A DNA stretch of 64,000 nucleotides from the NCBI GenBank assembly GCA_053919585.1, contig CM132824.1, one strand, 5' to 3'. Source of the stretch: Euprymna scolopes (lineage: Eukaryota). Under the pieces are notes generated by a model. That model was given only the letters and a program-made list of their open reading frames with translations, was not told where the DNA came from and made no database searches. This document shows positions 24,601-39,600 of this stretch, one piece after another. Position 1 is the stretch's first letter. Every line of letters starts with the position of its first letter. The position numbers and the translations under genes are program-made.

Positions 24601-27600
24601 ATCAGTCACCTTTATCTAATATTGACTCCTGGAATTGATGACCAGGTGTTATGAATCATTCACCTTTATCTAATATTGCCTCCTGGAATTAATGCCCAGG
24701 TGTTATGAATCAGTCACCTTTATCTAATATTGCCTCCTGGAATTGATGACCAGGTGTTATGAATCAGTCACCTTTATCTAATATTGCCTCCTGGAATTGA
24801 TGACCAGGTGTTATGACTCATTAATCTTTATCTAATGTTGCCTCCTGGAATTGATGACCAGGTGTTATGAATCAGTCACCTTTATCTAATATTGCCTCCT
24901 GGAATTGATGACCAGGTGTTATGACTATTTAATCTTTATCTAATATTGCCTCCTGGAATTGATGACCAGGTGTTATGAATCATTCACCTTTATCTAATAT
25001 TGCCTCCTGGAATTGATGACCAGTTGTTATGAATCAGTCACCTTTATCTAATATTGCCTCCTGGAATTGATGACCAGGTGTTATGACTCATTAATCTTTA
25101 TCTAATATTGCCTCCTGGAATTGATGACCAGGTGTTATGAATCAGTCACCTTTATCTAATATTGCCTCCTGGAATTGATGACCAGGTGTTATGACTCATT
25201 AATCTTTATCTAATATTGCCTCCTGGAATTGATGACCAGGTGTTATGAATCAGTCACCTTTATCTAATATTGCCTCCTGGAATTGATGACCAGGTTTTAT
25301 GAATCATTCACCTTTATCTAATATTGCCTCCTGGAATTGATGACCAGGTGTTATGAATCATTCACCTTTATCTAATATTGCCTCCTGGAATTGATGACCA
25401 GGTGTTATGAATCAGTCACCTTTATCTAATATTGCCTCCTGGAATTGATGACCAGGTGTTATGACTCATTAATCTTTATCTAATATTGCCTCCTGGAATT
25501 GATGACTAGGTGTTATGAATCAGTCACCTTTATCTAATATTGCCTCCTGGAATTGATGACCAGGTGTTATGAATCATTCACCTTTATCTAATATTGCCTC
25601 CTGGAATTAATGCCCAGGTGTTATGAATCAGTCACCTTTATCTAATATTGCCTCCTGGAATTGATGACCAGGTGTTATGACTCATTAATCTTTATCTAAT
25701 ATTGCCTCCTGGAATTGATGACCAGGTGTTATGAATCATTCACCTTTATCTAATATTGCCTCCTGGAATTGATGACCAGGTGTTATGAATCATTAACCTT
25801 TATCTAATATTGCCTCCTGGAATTAATGCCTAGGTGTTATGAATCATTCACCTTTATCTAATATTGCCTCCTGGAATTAATGCCCAGGTGTTATGAATCA
25901 GTCACCTTTATCTAATATTGCCTCCTGGAATTGATGACCAGGTGTTATGAATCATTCACCTTTATCTAATATTGCCTCCTGGAATTAATGCCCAGGTGTA
26001 ATGAATCAGTCACCTTTATCTAATATTGCCTCCTGGAATTGATGACCAGGTGTTATAAATCAGTCACCTTTATCTAATATTGCCTCCTGGAATTGATGAC
26101 CAGGTGTTATGACTCATTAATCTTTATCTAATATTGCCTCCTGGAATTGATGACCAGGTGTTATGAATCAGTCACCTTTATCTAATATTGCCTCCTGGAA
26201 TTGATGACCAGGTGTTATGACTCATTAATCTTTATCTAATATTGCCTCCTGGAATTGATGACCAGGTGTTATGAATCAGTCACCTTTATCTAATATTGCC
26301 TCCTGGAATTGATGACCAGGTGTTATGAATCATTCACCTTTATCTAATATTGCCTCCTGGAATTGATGACCAGGTGTTATGAATCATTCACCTTTATCTA
26401 ATATTGCCTCCTGGAATTGATGACCAGGTGTTATGAATCAGTCACCTTTATCTAATATTGCCTCCTGGAATTGATGACCAGGTGTTATGACTCATTAATC
26501 TTTATCTAATATTGCCTCCTGGAATTGATGACCAGGTGTTATGAATCAGTCACCTTTATCTAATATTGCCTCCTGGAATTGATGACCAGGTTTTATGAAT
26601 CATTCACCTTTATCTAATATTGCCTCCTGGAATTGATGACCAGGTGTTATGAATCATTCACCTTTATCTAATATTGCCTCCTGGAATTGATGACCAGGTG
26701 TTATGAATCAGTCACCTTTATCTAATATTGCCTCCTGGAATTGATGACCAGGTGTTATGACTCATTAATCTTTATCTAATATTGCCTCCTGGAATTGATG
26801 ACTAGGTGTTATGAATCAGTCACCTTTATCTAATATTGCCTCCTGGAATTGATGACCAGGTGTTATGAATCATTCACCTTTATCTAATATTGCCTCCTGG
26901 AATTAATGCCCAGGTGTTATGAATCAGTCACCTTTATCTAATATTGCCTCCTGGAATTGATGACCAGGTGTTATGACTCATTAATCTTTATCTAATATTG
27001 CCTCCTGGAATTGATGACCAGGTGTTATGAATCAGTCACCTTTATCTAATATTGCCTCCATGAATTAATGCCCAGGTGTTATGAATCAGTCAGCTTTATC
27101 TAATATTGCCTCCTGGAATTGATGACCAGGTGTTATGAATAATTCACCTTTATCTAATATTGCCTCCTTGAATTGATGACCAGGTGTTATGACTCATTAA
27201 TCTTTATCTAATATTGCCTCCTGGAATTGATGACCAGGTGTTATGAATCATTCACCTTTATCTAATATTGCCTCCTGGAATTGATGACCAGGTGTTATGA
27301 ATCATTCACCTTTATCTAATATTGCCTCCTGGAATTGATGACCAGGTGTTATGAATCATTAATCTTTATCTAATATTGCCTCCTGGAATTGATGACCAGG
27401 TGTTATGAATCATTCACCTTTATCTAATATTGCCTCCTGGAATTAATGCCCAGGTGTTATGAATCAGTCACCTTTATCTAATATTGCCTCCTGGAATTGA
27501 TGACCAGGTGTTATGAATCATTCACCTTTATCTAATATTGCCTCCATGAATTAATGACCAGGTTTTATGAATAATTCACATTTATCTAATATTGCCTCCT

Positions 27601-30600
27601 GGAATTGATGACCAGGTGTTATGAATCATTCACCTTTATCTAATATTGCCTCCTGGAATTGATGACCAGGTGTTATGAATCATTCACCTTTATCTTATAT
27701 TGCCTCCTGGAATTGATGACCAGGTGTTATGACTCATTAATCTTTATCTAATATTGCCTCCTGGAATTGATGACCAGGTTTTATGAATCATTCACCTTTA
27801 TCTAATATTGCCTCCTGGAATTGATGACCAGGTGTTATGAATCATTCACCTTTATCTAATATTGCCTCCATGAATTAATGACCAGGTTTTATGAATCAGT
27901 CACCTTTATCGAATATTGCCTCCTGGAATTGATGACCAGGTGTTATGACTCATTAATCTTTATCTAATATTGCCTCCTGGAATTGATGACTAGGTGTTAT
28001 GAATCATTCACATTTATCTAATATTGCCTCCTGGAATTGATGACCAGGTGTTATGAATCATTCACCTTTATCTAATATTGCCTCCTGGAATTGATGACCA
28101 GGTGTTATGAATCATTCACCTTTATCTAACATTGCCTCCTGGAATTAATGCCCAGGTGTTATGAATCAGTCACCTTTATCTAATATTGCCTCCTGGAATT
28201 GATGACCAGGTGTTATGAATCATTCACCTTTATCTAATATTGCCTCCTGGAATTGATGCCCAGGTGTTATGAATCATTAATCTTTATCTAATATTGCCTC
28301 CATGAATTAATGCCCAGGTGTTATGAATCATTCACCTTTATCTAATATTGCGTCATGGAATTAATGCCCAGGTGTTATGAATCAGTCACCTTTATCTAAT
28401 ATTGCCTCCTGGAATTAATGCCCAGGTGTTATGAATCAGTCACCTTTATCTAATATTGCCTCCATGAATTAATGCCCAGGTGTTATGACTCATTAACCTT
28501 TATCTAATATTGCCTCCATGAATTAATGCCCAGGTGTTATGAATCAGTCACCTTTATCTAATATTGCCTCCTGGAATTAATGCCCAGGTGTTATGAATCA
28601 GTCACCTTTATCTAATATTGCCTCCTGGAATTAATGCCCAGGTGTTATGAATCAGTCACCTTTATCTAATATTGCCTCCATGAATTAATGCCCAGGTGTT
28701 ATGAATCAGTCACCTTTATCTAATATTGCCTCCATGAATTTATGCCCAGGTGTTATGAATCAGTCACCTTTATCTAATATTGCCTCCATGAATTAATGCC
28801 CAGGTGTTATGAATCAGTCACCTTTATCTAATATTGCCTCCTGGAATTGATGACCAGGTGTTATGAATCAGTCACCTTTATCTAATATTGCCTCCATGAA
28901 TCATTGCCCAGGTGTTATGAATCAGTCACCTTTATCTAATATTGCCTCCATGAATTAATGCCCAGGTGTTATGAATCAGTCACCTTTATCTAATATTGCC
29001 TCCTGGAATTGATGACCAGGTGTTATGAATCAGTCACCTTTATCTAATATTGGCTCCTGGAATTGATGACCAGGTGTTATGACTCATTAATCTTTATCTA
29101 ATATTGCCTCCTGGAATTTATGACCAGGTGTTATGAATCATTCGCCTTTATTTTATATTGCCTCCTGGAATTGATGACCAGGTGTTATGAATCATTCACC
29201 TTTATCTTATATTGCCTCCTGGAATTGATGACCAGGTGTTATGACTCAATTATCTTTATCTAATATTGGCTCCTGGAATTGATGACCAGGTGTTATGAAT
29301 CATTTATCTTTATCTAATATTGCCTCCTGGAATTGATGACCAGGTATTATGAATCATTCACCTTTATCTAATATTGCCTCCTGGAATTGATGACCAGGTG
29401 TTATGAATCATTCACCTTTATCTAATATTGCCTCCTGGAATTGATGACCAGGTGTTATGAATCATTTATCTTTATCTAATATTGCCTCCTGGAATTGATG
29501 ACCAGGTGTTATGAATCATTCGCCTTTATTTTATATTGCCTCCTGGAATTGATGACCAGGTATTATGAATCATTCACCTTTATCTAATATTGCCTCCTGG
29601 AATTGATGACCAGGTGTTATGAATCATTCGCCTTTATTTTATATTGCCTCCTGGAATGTATGACCAGGTGTTATGAATCATTAATCTTTATCTCATTTTG
29701 CCTCCTGGAATTGATGACCAGGTGTTATGAATCATTTATCTTTATCTTATATTGCCTCCTGGAATTGATGACGAGGTATTATGAATCATTCACCTTTATC
29801 TAATATTGGCTCCTGGAATTGATGACCAGGTGTTATGAATCATTCGCCTTTATTTTATATTGGCTCCTGGAATTGATGACCAGGTATTATGAATCATTCA
29901 CCTTTATCTAATATTGCCTCCTGGAATTGATGACCAGGTGTTATGAATCAGTCACCTTTATCTAATATTGCCTCCTGGAATTGATGACCCGGTGTTATGA
30001 CTCATTAATCTTTATCTCATATTGCCTCCTTGAATTAATGCCCAGGTTTTATGAATCATTCACCTTTATCTAATATTGCCTCCTGGAATTGATGACCAGG
30101 TGTTATGAATCATTCACCTTTATCTAATATTGCCTCCTGGAATTAATGCCCAGGTGTTATGAATCAGTCACCTTTATCTAATATTGCCTCCTGGAATTGA
30201 TGACCAGGTGTTATGAATCATTCACCTTTATCTAATATTGCCTCCTGGAATTGATGACCAGGTGTTATGAATCATTCACCTTTATCTAATATTGCCTCCT
30301 GGAATTAATGCCCAGGTGTTATGAATCAGTCACCTTTATCTAATATTGCCTCCTGGAATTGATGACCAGGTGTTATGAATCATTCACCTTTATCTAATAT
30401 TGCCTCCTGGAATTGATGACCAGGTGTTATGAATCATTCACCTTTATCTAATATTGCCTCCTTGAATTGATGACCAGGTGTTATGAATCATTCACTTTTA
30501 TCTAATATTGCCTCCTGGAATTTATGACCAGGTGTTATGAATCATTCACCTTTATCTAATATTGCCTCCTGGAATCATTGCCCAGGTGTTATGAATCAGT

Positions 30601-33600
30601 CACCTTTATCTAATATTGCCTCCTGGAATTGATGACCAGGTGTTATGAATCATTCACCTTTATCTAATATTGCCTCCTGGAATTGATGACCAGGTGTTAT
30701 GAATCATTCACTTTTATCTAATATTGCCTCCTGGAATTGATGACCAGGTGTTATGAATCATTCACCTTTATCTGATATTGCCTCCTGGAATTGATGACCA
30801 GGTGTTATGAATCATTCACCTTTATCTTATATTGCCTCCTGGAATTGATGACCAGGTGTTATGAATCATTCACCTTTATCTAATATTGCCTCCTGGAATT
30901 GATGACCAGGTGTTATGAATCATTCACCTTTATCTAATATTGCCTCCTGGAATTGATGACCAGGTGTTATGAATCATTCACCTTTATCTAATATTGCCTC
31001 CTGGAATTGATGACCAGGTGTTATGAATCATTCACCTTTATCTAATATTGCCTCCTGGAATTGATGACCAGGTGTTATGAATCATTCACCTTTATCTTAT
31101 ATTGCCTCCTGGAATTGATGACCAGGTGTTATAACTCATTAATCTTTATCTAATATTGCCTCCTGGAATTAATGCCCAGGTGTTATGAATCAGTCACCTT
31201 TATCTAATATTGCCTCCTGGAATTGATGCCCAGGTGTTATGACTCATTAATCTTTATCTAATATTGCCTCCTTGAATTAATGCCCCGGTGTTATGAATCC
31301 TTCACCTTTATCTAATATTGCCTCCTGGAATTAATGCCCAGGTGTTATGACTCATTAATCTTTATCTAATATTGCCTCCTGGAATTAATGCCCAGGTGTT
31401 ATGAATCAGTCACCTTTATCTAATATTGCCTCCTTGAATTAATGCCCAGGTGTTATGAATCAGTCACCTTTATCTAATATTGCCTCCATGAATTAATGCC
31501 CAGGTGTTATGAATCAGTCACCTTTATCTAATATTGCCTCCTGGAATTGATGACCAGGTGTTATGACTCATTAATCTTTATCTAATATTGCCTCCTGGAA
31601 TTAATGCCCAGGTGTTATGAATCAGTCACCTTTATCTAATATTGCCTCCTGGAATTAATGCCCAGATGTTATGAATCAGTCACCTTTATCTAATATTGCC
31701 TCCTGGAATTAATGCCCAGGTGTTATGAATCAGTCACCTTTATCTAATATTGCCTCCTGGAATTGATGACCAGGTGTTATGACTCATTAATCTTTATCTA
31801 ATATTGCCTCCTGGAATTAATGCCCAGGTGTTATGAATCCTTCACCTTTATCTAATATTGCCTCCTGGAATTAATGCCCAGGTGTTATGACTCATTAATC
31901 TTTATCTAATATTGCCTCCTGGAATTAATGCCCAGGTGTTATGAATCAGTCACCTTTATCTAATATTGCCTCCTGGAATTAATGCCCAGGTGTTATGAAT
32001 CAGTCACCTTTATCTAATATTGCCTCCTGGAATTGATGACCAGGTGTTATGACTCATTAATCTTTATCTAATATTGCCTCCTGGAATTAATGCCCAGGTG
32101 TTATGAATCAGTCACCTTTATCTAATATTGCCTCCTGGAATTGATGACCAGGTGTTATGACTCATTAATCTTTATCTAATATTGCCTCCTGGAATTGATG
32201 ACCAGGTGTTATGAATCATTCACTTTTATCTAATATTGCCTCCTGGAATTGATGACCAGGTGTTATGAATCATTCACCTTTATCTAATATTGCCTCCTGG
32301 AATTGATGACCAGGTGTTATGAATCATTCACCTTTATCTAATATTGCCTCCTGGAATTGATGACCAGGTGTTATGAATCATTCACCTTTATCTAATATTG
32401 CCTCCTGGAATTGATGACCAGGTGTTATGAATCCTTCACCTTTATCTAATATTGCCTCCTGGAATTGATGACCAGGTGTTATGAATCATTCACCTTTATC
32501 TAATATTGCCTCCTGGAATTAATGCCCAGGTGTTATGAATCAGTCACCTTTATCTAATATTGCCTCCTGGAATTGATGACCAGGTGTTATGAATCATTCA
32601 CCTTTATCTAATATTGCCTCCTGGAATTGATGACCAGGTGTTATGAATCATTCACCTTTATCTAATATTGCCTCCTGGAATTGATGACCAGGTGTTATGA
32701 ATCATTCACCTTTATCTAATATTGCCTCCATGAATTAATGCCCAGGTGTTATGAATCAGTCACCTTTATCTAATATTGCCTCCTGGAATTAATGCCCAGG
32801 TGTTATGAATCAGTCACCTTTATCTAATATTGCCTCCTGGAATTGATGACCAGGTGTTATGACTCCTTATTCTTTATCTTATATTGCCTCCTGGAATTGA
32901 TGACCAGGTGGTCTGAATCATTCACCTTTATCTAATATTGCCTCCTGGAATTGATGACCAGGTGTTATGAATCATTCACCTTTATCTAATATTGCCTCCT
33001 GGAATTAATGCCCAGGTGTTATGAATCATTCACCTTTATCTAATATTGCCTCCTCGAATTGATGACCAGGTGTTATGAATCATTCACCTTTATCTAATAT
33101 TGCCTCCTGGAATTGATGACCAGGTGTTATGAATCATTCACCTTTATCTAATATTGCCTCCTGGAATTGATGACCAGGTGTTATGAATCATTCACCTTTA
33201 TCTAATATTGCCTCCTGGAATTGATGACCAGGTGTTATGAATCATTCACCTTTATCTAATATTGCCTCCTGGAATTGATGACCAGGTGTTATGAATCATT
33301 CACCTTTATCTAATATTGCCTCCTGGAATTGATGACCAGGTGTTATAAATCATTCACCTTTATCTAATATTGCCTCCTGGAATTAATGCCCAGGTGTTAT
33401 GAATCAGTCACCTTTATCTAATATTGCCTCCTGGAATTGATGACCAGGTGTTATGAATCATTCACCTTTATCTAATATTGCCTCCTGGAATTAATGCCCA
33501 GGTGTTATGAATCAGTCACCTTTATCTAATATTGCCTCCTGGAATTGATGACCAGGTGTTATGAATCATTCACCTTTATCTAATATTGCCTCCTTGAATT

Positions 33601-36600
33601 AATGCCCAGGTGGTATGAATCAGTCACCTTTATCTAATATTGCCTCCTGGAATTAATGCCCAGGTGTTATGAATCATTCACCTTTATCTAATATTGCCTC
33701 CTGGAATTGATGACCAGGTGTTATGAATCATTCACCTTTATCTAATATTGCCTCCTGGAATTAATGCCCAGGTGTTATGAATCAGTCACCTTTATCTAAT
33801 ATTGCCTCCTGGAATTTATGACCAGGTGTTATGAATCATTCACCTTTATCTAATATTGCCTCCTGGAATTAATGCCCAGGTGTTATGAATCATTCGCCTT
33901 TATTTTATATTGCCTCCTGGAATTGATGACCAGGTATTATGAATCATTCACCTTTATCTAATATTGCCTCCTGGAATTGATGACCAGGTGTTATGAATCA
34001 TTCGCCTTTATTTTATATTGCCTCCTGGAATTGATGACCAGGTGTTATGAATCATTAATCTTTATCTCATTTTGCCTCCTGGAATTGATGACCAGGTGTT
34101 ATGAATCATTTATGTTTATCTTATATTGCCTCCTGGAATTGATTACGAGGTATTATGAATCATTCACCTTTATCTAATATTGGCTCCTGGAATTGATGAC
34201 CAGGTGTTATGAATCATTCGCCTTTATTTTATATTGGCTCCTGGAATTGATGACCAGGTATTATGAATCATTCACCTTTATCTAATATTGCCTCCTGGAA
34301 TTGATGACCAGGTGTTATGAATCAGTCACCTTTATCTAATATTGCCTCCTGGAATTGATGACCCGGTGTTATGACTCATTAATCTTTATCTCATATTGCC
34401 TCCTTGAATTAATGCCCAGGTTTTATGAATCATTCACCTTTATCTAATATTGCCTCCTGGAATTGATGACCAGGTGTTATGAATCATTCACCTTTATCTA
34501 ATATTGCCTCCTGGAATTAATGCCCAGGTGTTATGAATCAGTCACCTTTATCTAATATTGCCTCCTGGAATTGATGACCAGGTGTTATGAATCATTCACC
34601 TTTATCTAATATTGCCTCCTGGAATTGATGACCAGGTGTTATGAATCATTCACCTTTATCTAATATTGCCTCCTGGAATTAATGCCCAGGTGTTATGAAT
34701 CAGTCACCTTTATCTAATATTGCCTCCTGGAATTGATGACCAGGTGTTATGAATCATTCACCTTTATCTAATATTGCCTCCTGGAATTGATGACCAGGTG
34801 TTATGAATCATTCACCTTTATCTAATATTGCCTCCTTGAATTGATGACCAGGTGTTATGAATCATTCACTTTTATCTAATATTGCCTCCTGGAATTGATG
34901 ACCAGGTGTTATGAATCATTCACCTTTATCTAATATTGCCTCCTGGAATCATTGCCCAGGTGTTATGAATCAGTCACCTTTATCTAATATTGCCTCCTGG
35001 AATTGATGACCAGGTGTTATGAATCAGTCACCTTTATCTAATATTGTCTCCTGGAATTGATGACCAGGTGTTATGAATCATTCACTTTTATCTAATATTG
35101 CCTCCTGGAATTGATGACCAGGTGTTATGAATCATTCACCTTTATCTGATATTGCCTCCTGGAATTGATGACCAGGTGTTATGAATCATTCACCTTTATC
35201 TTATATTGCCTCCTGGAATTGATGACCAGGTGTTATGAATCATTCACCTTTATCTAATATTGCCTCCTGGAATTGATGACCAGGTGTTATGAATCATTCA
35301 CCTTTATCTAATATTGCCTCCTGGAATTGATGACCAGGTGTTATGAATCATTCACCTTTATCTAATATTGCCTCCTGGAATTGATGACCAGGTGTTATGA
35401 ATCATTCACCTTTATCTAATATTGCCTCCTGGAATTGATGACCAGGTGTTATGAATCATTCACCTTTATCTTATATTGCCTCCTGGAATTGATGACCAGG
35501 TGTTATGACTCATTAATCTTTATCTAATATTGCCTCCTGGAATTAATGCCCAGGTGTTATGAATCAGTCACCTTTATCTAATATTGCCTCCTGGAATTGA
35601 TGCCCAGGTGTTATGACTCATTAATCTTTATCTAATATTGCCTCCTGGAATTAATGCCCCGGTGTTATGAATCCTTCACCTTTATCTAATATTGCCTCCT
35701 GGAATTAATGCCCAGGTGTTATGACTCATTAATCTTTATCTAATATTGCCTCCTGGAATTAATGCCCAGGTGTTATGAATCAGTCACCTTTATCTAATAT
35801 TGCCTCCTTAAATTAATGCCCAGGTGTTATGAATCAGTCACCTTTATCTAATATTGCCTCCATGAATTAATGCCCAGGTGTTATGAATCACTCACCTTTA
35901 TCTAATATTGCCTCCTGGAATTGATGACCAGGTGTTATGACTCATTAATCTTTATCTAATATTGCCTCCTGGAATTAATGCCCAGGTGTTATGAATCAGT
36001 CACCTTTATCTAATATTGCCTCCTGGAATTAATGCCCAGATGTTATGAATCAGTCACCTTTATCTAATATTGCCTCCTGGAATTAATGCCCAGGTGTTAT
36101 GAATCAGTCACCTTTATCTAATATTGCCTCCTGGAATTGATGACCAGGTGTTATGAATCATTAATCTTTATCTAATATTGCCTCCTGGAATTAATGCCCA
36201 GGTGTTATGAATCCTTCACCTTTATCTAATATTGCCTCCTGGAATTAATGCCCAGGTGTTATGACTCATTAATCTTTATCTAATATTGCCTCCTGGAATT
36301 AATGCCCAGGTGTTATGAATCAGTCACCTTTATCTAATATTGCCTCCTGGAATTAATGCCCAGGTGTTATGAATCAGTCACCTTTATCTAATATTGCCTC
36401 CTGGAATTGATGACCAGGTGTTATGACTCATTAATCTTTATCTAATATTGCCTCCTGGAATTAATGCCCAGGTGTTATGAATCAGTCACCTTTATCTAAT
36501 ATTGCCTCCTGGAATTGATGACCAGGTGTTATGACTCATTAATCTTTATCTAATATTGCCTCCTGGAATTGATGACCAGGTGTTATGAATCATTCACTTT

Positions 36601-39600
36601 TATCTAATATTGCCTCCTGGAATTGATGACCAGGTGTTATGAATCATTCACCTTTATCTAATATTGCCTCCTGGAATTGATGACCAGGTGTTATGAATCA
36701 TTCACCTTTATCTAATATTGCCTCCTGGAATTGATGACCAGGTGTTATGAATCATTCACCTTTATCTAATATTGCCTCCTGGAATTGATGACCAGGTGTT
36801 ATGAATCCTTCACCTTTATCTAATATTGCCTCCTGGAATTGATGACCAGGTGTTATGAATCATTCACCTTTATCTAATATTGCCTCCTGGAATTAATGCC
36901 CAGGTGTTATGAATCAGTCACCTTTATCTAATATTGCCTCCTGGAATTGATGACCAGGTGTTATGAATCATTCACCTTTATCTAATATTGCCTCCTGGAA
37001 TTGATGACCAGGTGTTATGAATCATTCACCTTTATCTAATATTGCCTCCTGGAATTGATGACCAGGTGTTATGAATCATTCACCTTTATCTAATATTGCC
37101 TCCATGAATTAATGCCCAGGTGTTATGAATCAGTCACCTTTATCTAATATTGCCTCCTGGAATTAATGCCCAGGTGTTATGAATCAGTCACCTTTATCTA
37201 ATATTGCCTCCTGGAATTGATGACCAGGTGTTATGACTCCTTATTCTTTATCTTATATTGCCTCCTGGAATTGATGACCAGGTGGTCTGAATCATTCACC
37301 TTTATCTAATATTGCCTCCTGGAATTGATGACCAGGTGTTATGAATCATTCACCTTTATCTAATATTGCCTCCTGGAATTAATGCCCAGGTGTTATGAAT
37401 CATTCACCTTTATCTAATATTGCCTCCTGGAATTGATGACCAGGTGTTATGAATCATTCACCTTTATCTAATATTGCCTCCTGGAATTGATGACCAGGTG
37501 TTATGAATCATTCACCTTTATCTAATATTGCCTCCTGGAATTGATGACCAGGTGTTATGAATCATTCACCTTTATCTAATATTGCCTCCTGGAATTGATG
37601 ACCAGGTGTTATGAATCATTCACCTTTATCTAATATTGCCTCCTGGAATTAATGCCCAGGTGTTATGAATCAGTCACCTTTATCTAATATTGCCTCCTGG
37701 AATTGATGACCAGGTGTTATGAATCATTCACCTTTATCTAATATTGCCTCCTTGAATTAATGCCCAGGTGGTATGAATCAGTCACCTTTATCTAATATTG
37801 CCTCCTGGAATTAATGCCCAGGTGTTATGAATCATTCACCTTTATCTAATATTGCCTCCTGGAATTGATGACCAGGTGTTATGAATCATTCACCTTTATC
37901 TAATATTGCCTCCTGGAATTAATGCCCAGGTGTTATGAATCAGTCACCTTTATCTAATATTGCCTCCTGGAATTGATGACCAGGTGTTATGAATCATTCA
38001 CCTTTATCTAATATTGCCTCCTGGAATTAATGCCCAGGTGTTATGAATCAGTCACCTTTATCTAATATTGCCTCCTGGAATTAATGCCCAGGTGTTATGA
38101 ATCATTCACCTTTATCTAATATTGCCTCCTGGAATTGATGACCAGGTGTTATGAATCAGTCACCTTTATCTAATATTGCCTCCTGGAATTTATGACCAGG
38201 TATTATGAATCATTCACCTTTATCTAATATTGCCTCCTGGAATTAATGCCCAGGTGTTATGAATCATTCACCTTTATCTAATATTGCCTCCTGGAATTAA
38301 TGCCCAGGTGTTATGAATCAGTCACCTTTATCTAATATTGCCTCCTGGAATTGATGACCAGGTGTTATGAATCATTCACCTTTATCTAATATTGCCTCCA
38401 TGAATTAATGCCCAGGTGTTATGAATCAGTCACCTTTATCTAATATTGCCTCCTGGAATTGATGACCAGGTGTTATGAATCAGTCACCTTTATCTAATAT
38501 TGCCTCCTGGAATTGATGACCAGGTGTTATGACTCATTAATCTTTATCTAATATTGCCTCCTGGAATTGATGACCAGGTGTTATGAATCAGTCACCTTTA
38601 TCTAATATTGCCTCCTGGAATTGATGACCAGGTGTTATGACTCATTAATCTTTATCTAATATTGCCTCCTGGAATTGATGACCAGGTGTTATGAATCAGT
38701 AACCTTTATCTAATATTGCCTCCTGGAATTGATGACCAGGTGTTATGAATCATTCACCTTTATCTAATATTGCCTCCTGGAATTGATGACCAGGTGTTAT
38801 GAATCATTCACCTTTATCTAATATTGCCTCCTGGAATTGATGACCAGGTGTTATGAATCAGTCACCTTTATCTAATATTGCCTCCTGGAATTGATGACCA
38901 GGTGTTATGACTCATTAATCTTTATCTAATATTGCCTCCTGGAATTGATGCCCAGGTGTTATGAATCAGTCACCTTCATCTAATATTGCCTCCTGGAATT
39001 GATGACCAGGTGTTATGAATCATTCACCTTTATCTAATATTGCCTCCTGGAATTGATGACCAGGTGTTATGAATCATTCACCTTTATCTAATATTGCCTC
39101 CTGGAATTGATGACCAGGTGTTATGAATCAGTCACCTTTATCTAATATTTCCTCCTGGAATTGATGACCAGGTGTTATGACTCATTAATCTTTATCTAAT
39201 ATTGCCTCCTGGAATTGATGACTAGGTGTTATGAATCAGTCACCTTTATCTAATATTGCCTCCTGGAATTGATGACCAGGTGTTATGAATCATTCACCTT
39301 TATCTAATATTGCCTCCTGGAATTAATGCCCAGATGTTATGAATCAGTCACCTTTATCTAATATTGCCTCCTGGAATTGATGACCAGGTGTTATGACTCA
39401 TTAATCTTTATCTAATATTGCCTCCTGGAATTGATGACCAGGTGTTATGAATCAGTCACCTTTATCTAATATTGCCTCCATGAATTAATGCCCAGGTGTT
39501 ATGAATCAGTCAGCTTTATCTAATATTGCCTCCTGGAATTGATGACCCGGTGTTATGACTCATTAATCTTTATCTCATATTGCCTCCTTGAATTAATGCC

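Noticed and set aside
18633-34177. Repeat protein from the 18-codon unit, including TGA readthrough or an alternative code
   Set aside because: The consensus has stops in all six frames, common variants add TAA, and the nearby LINE uses the standard code
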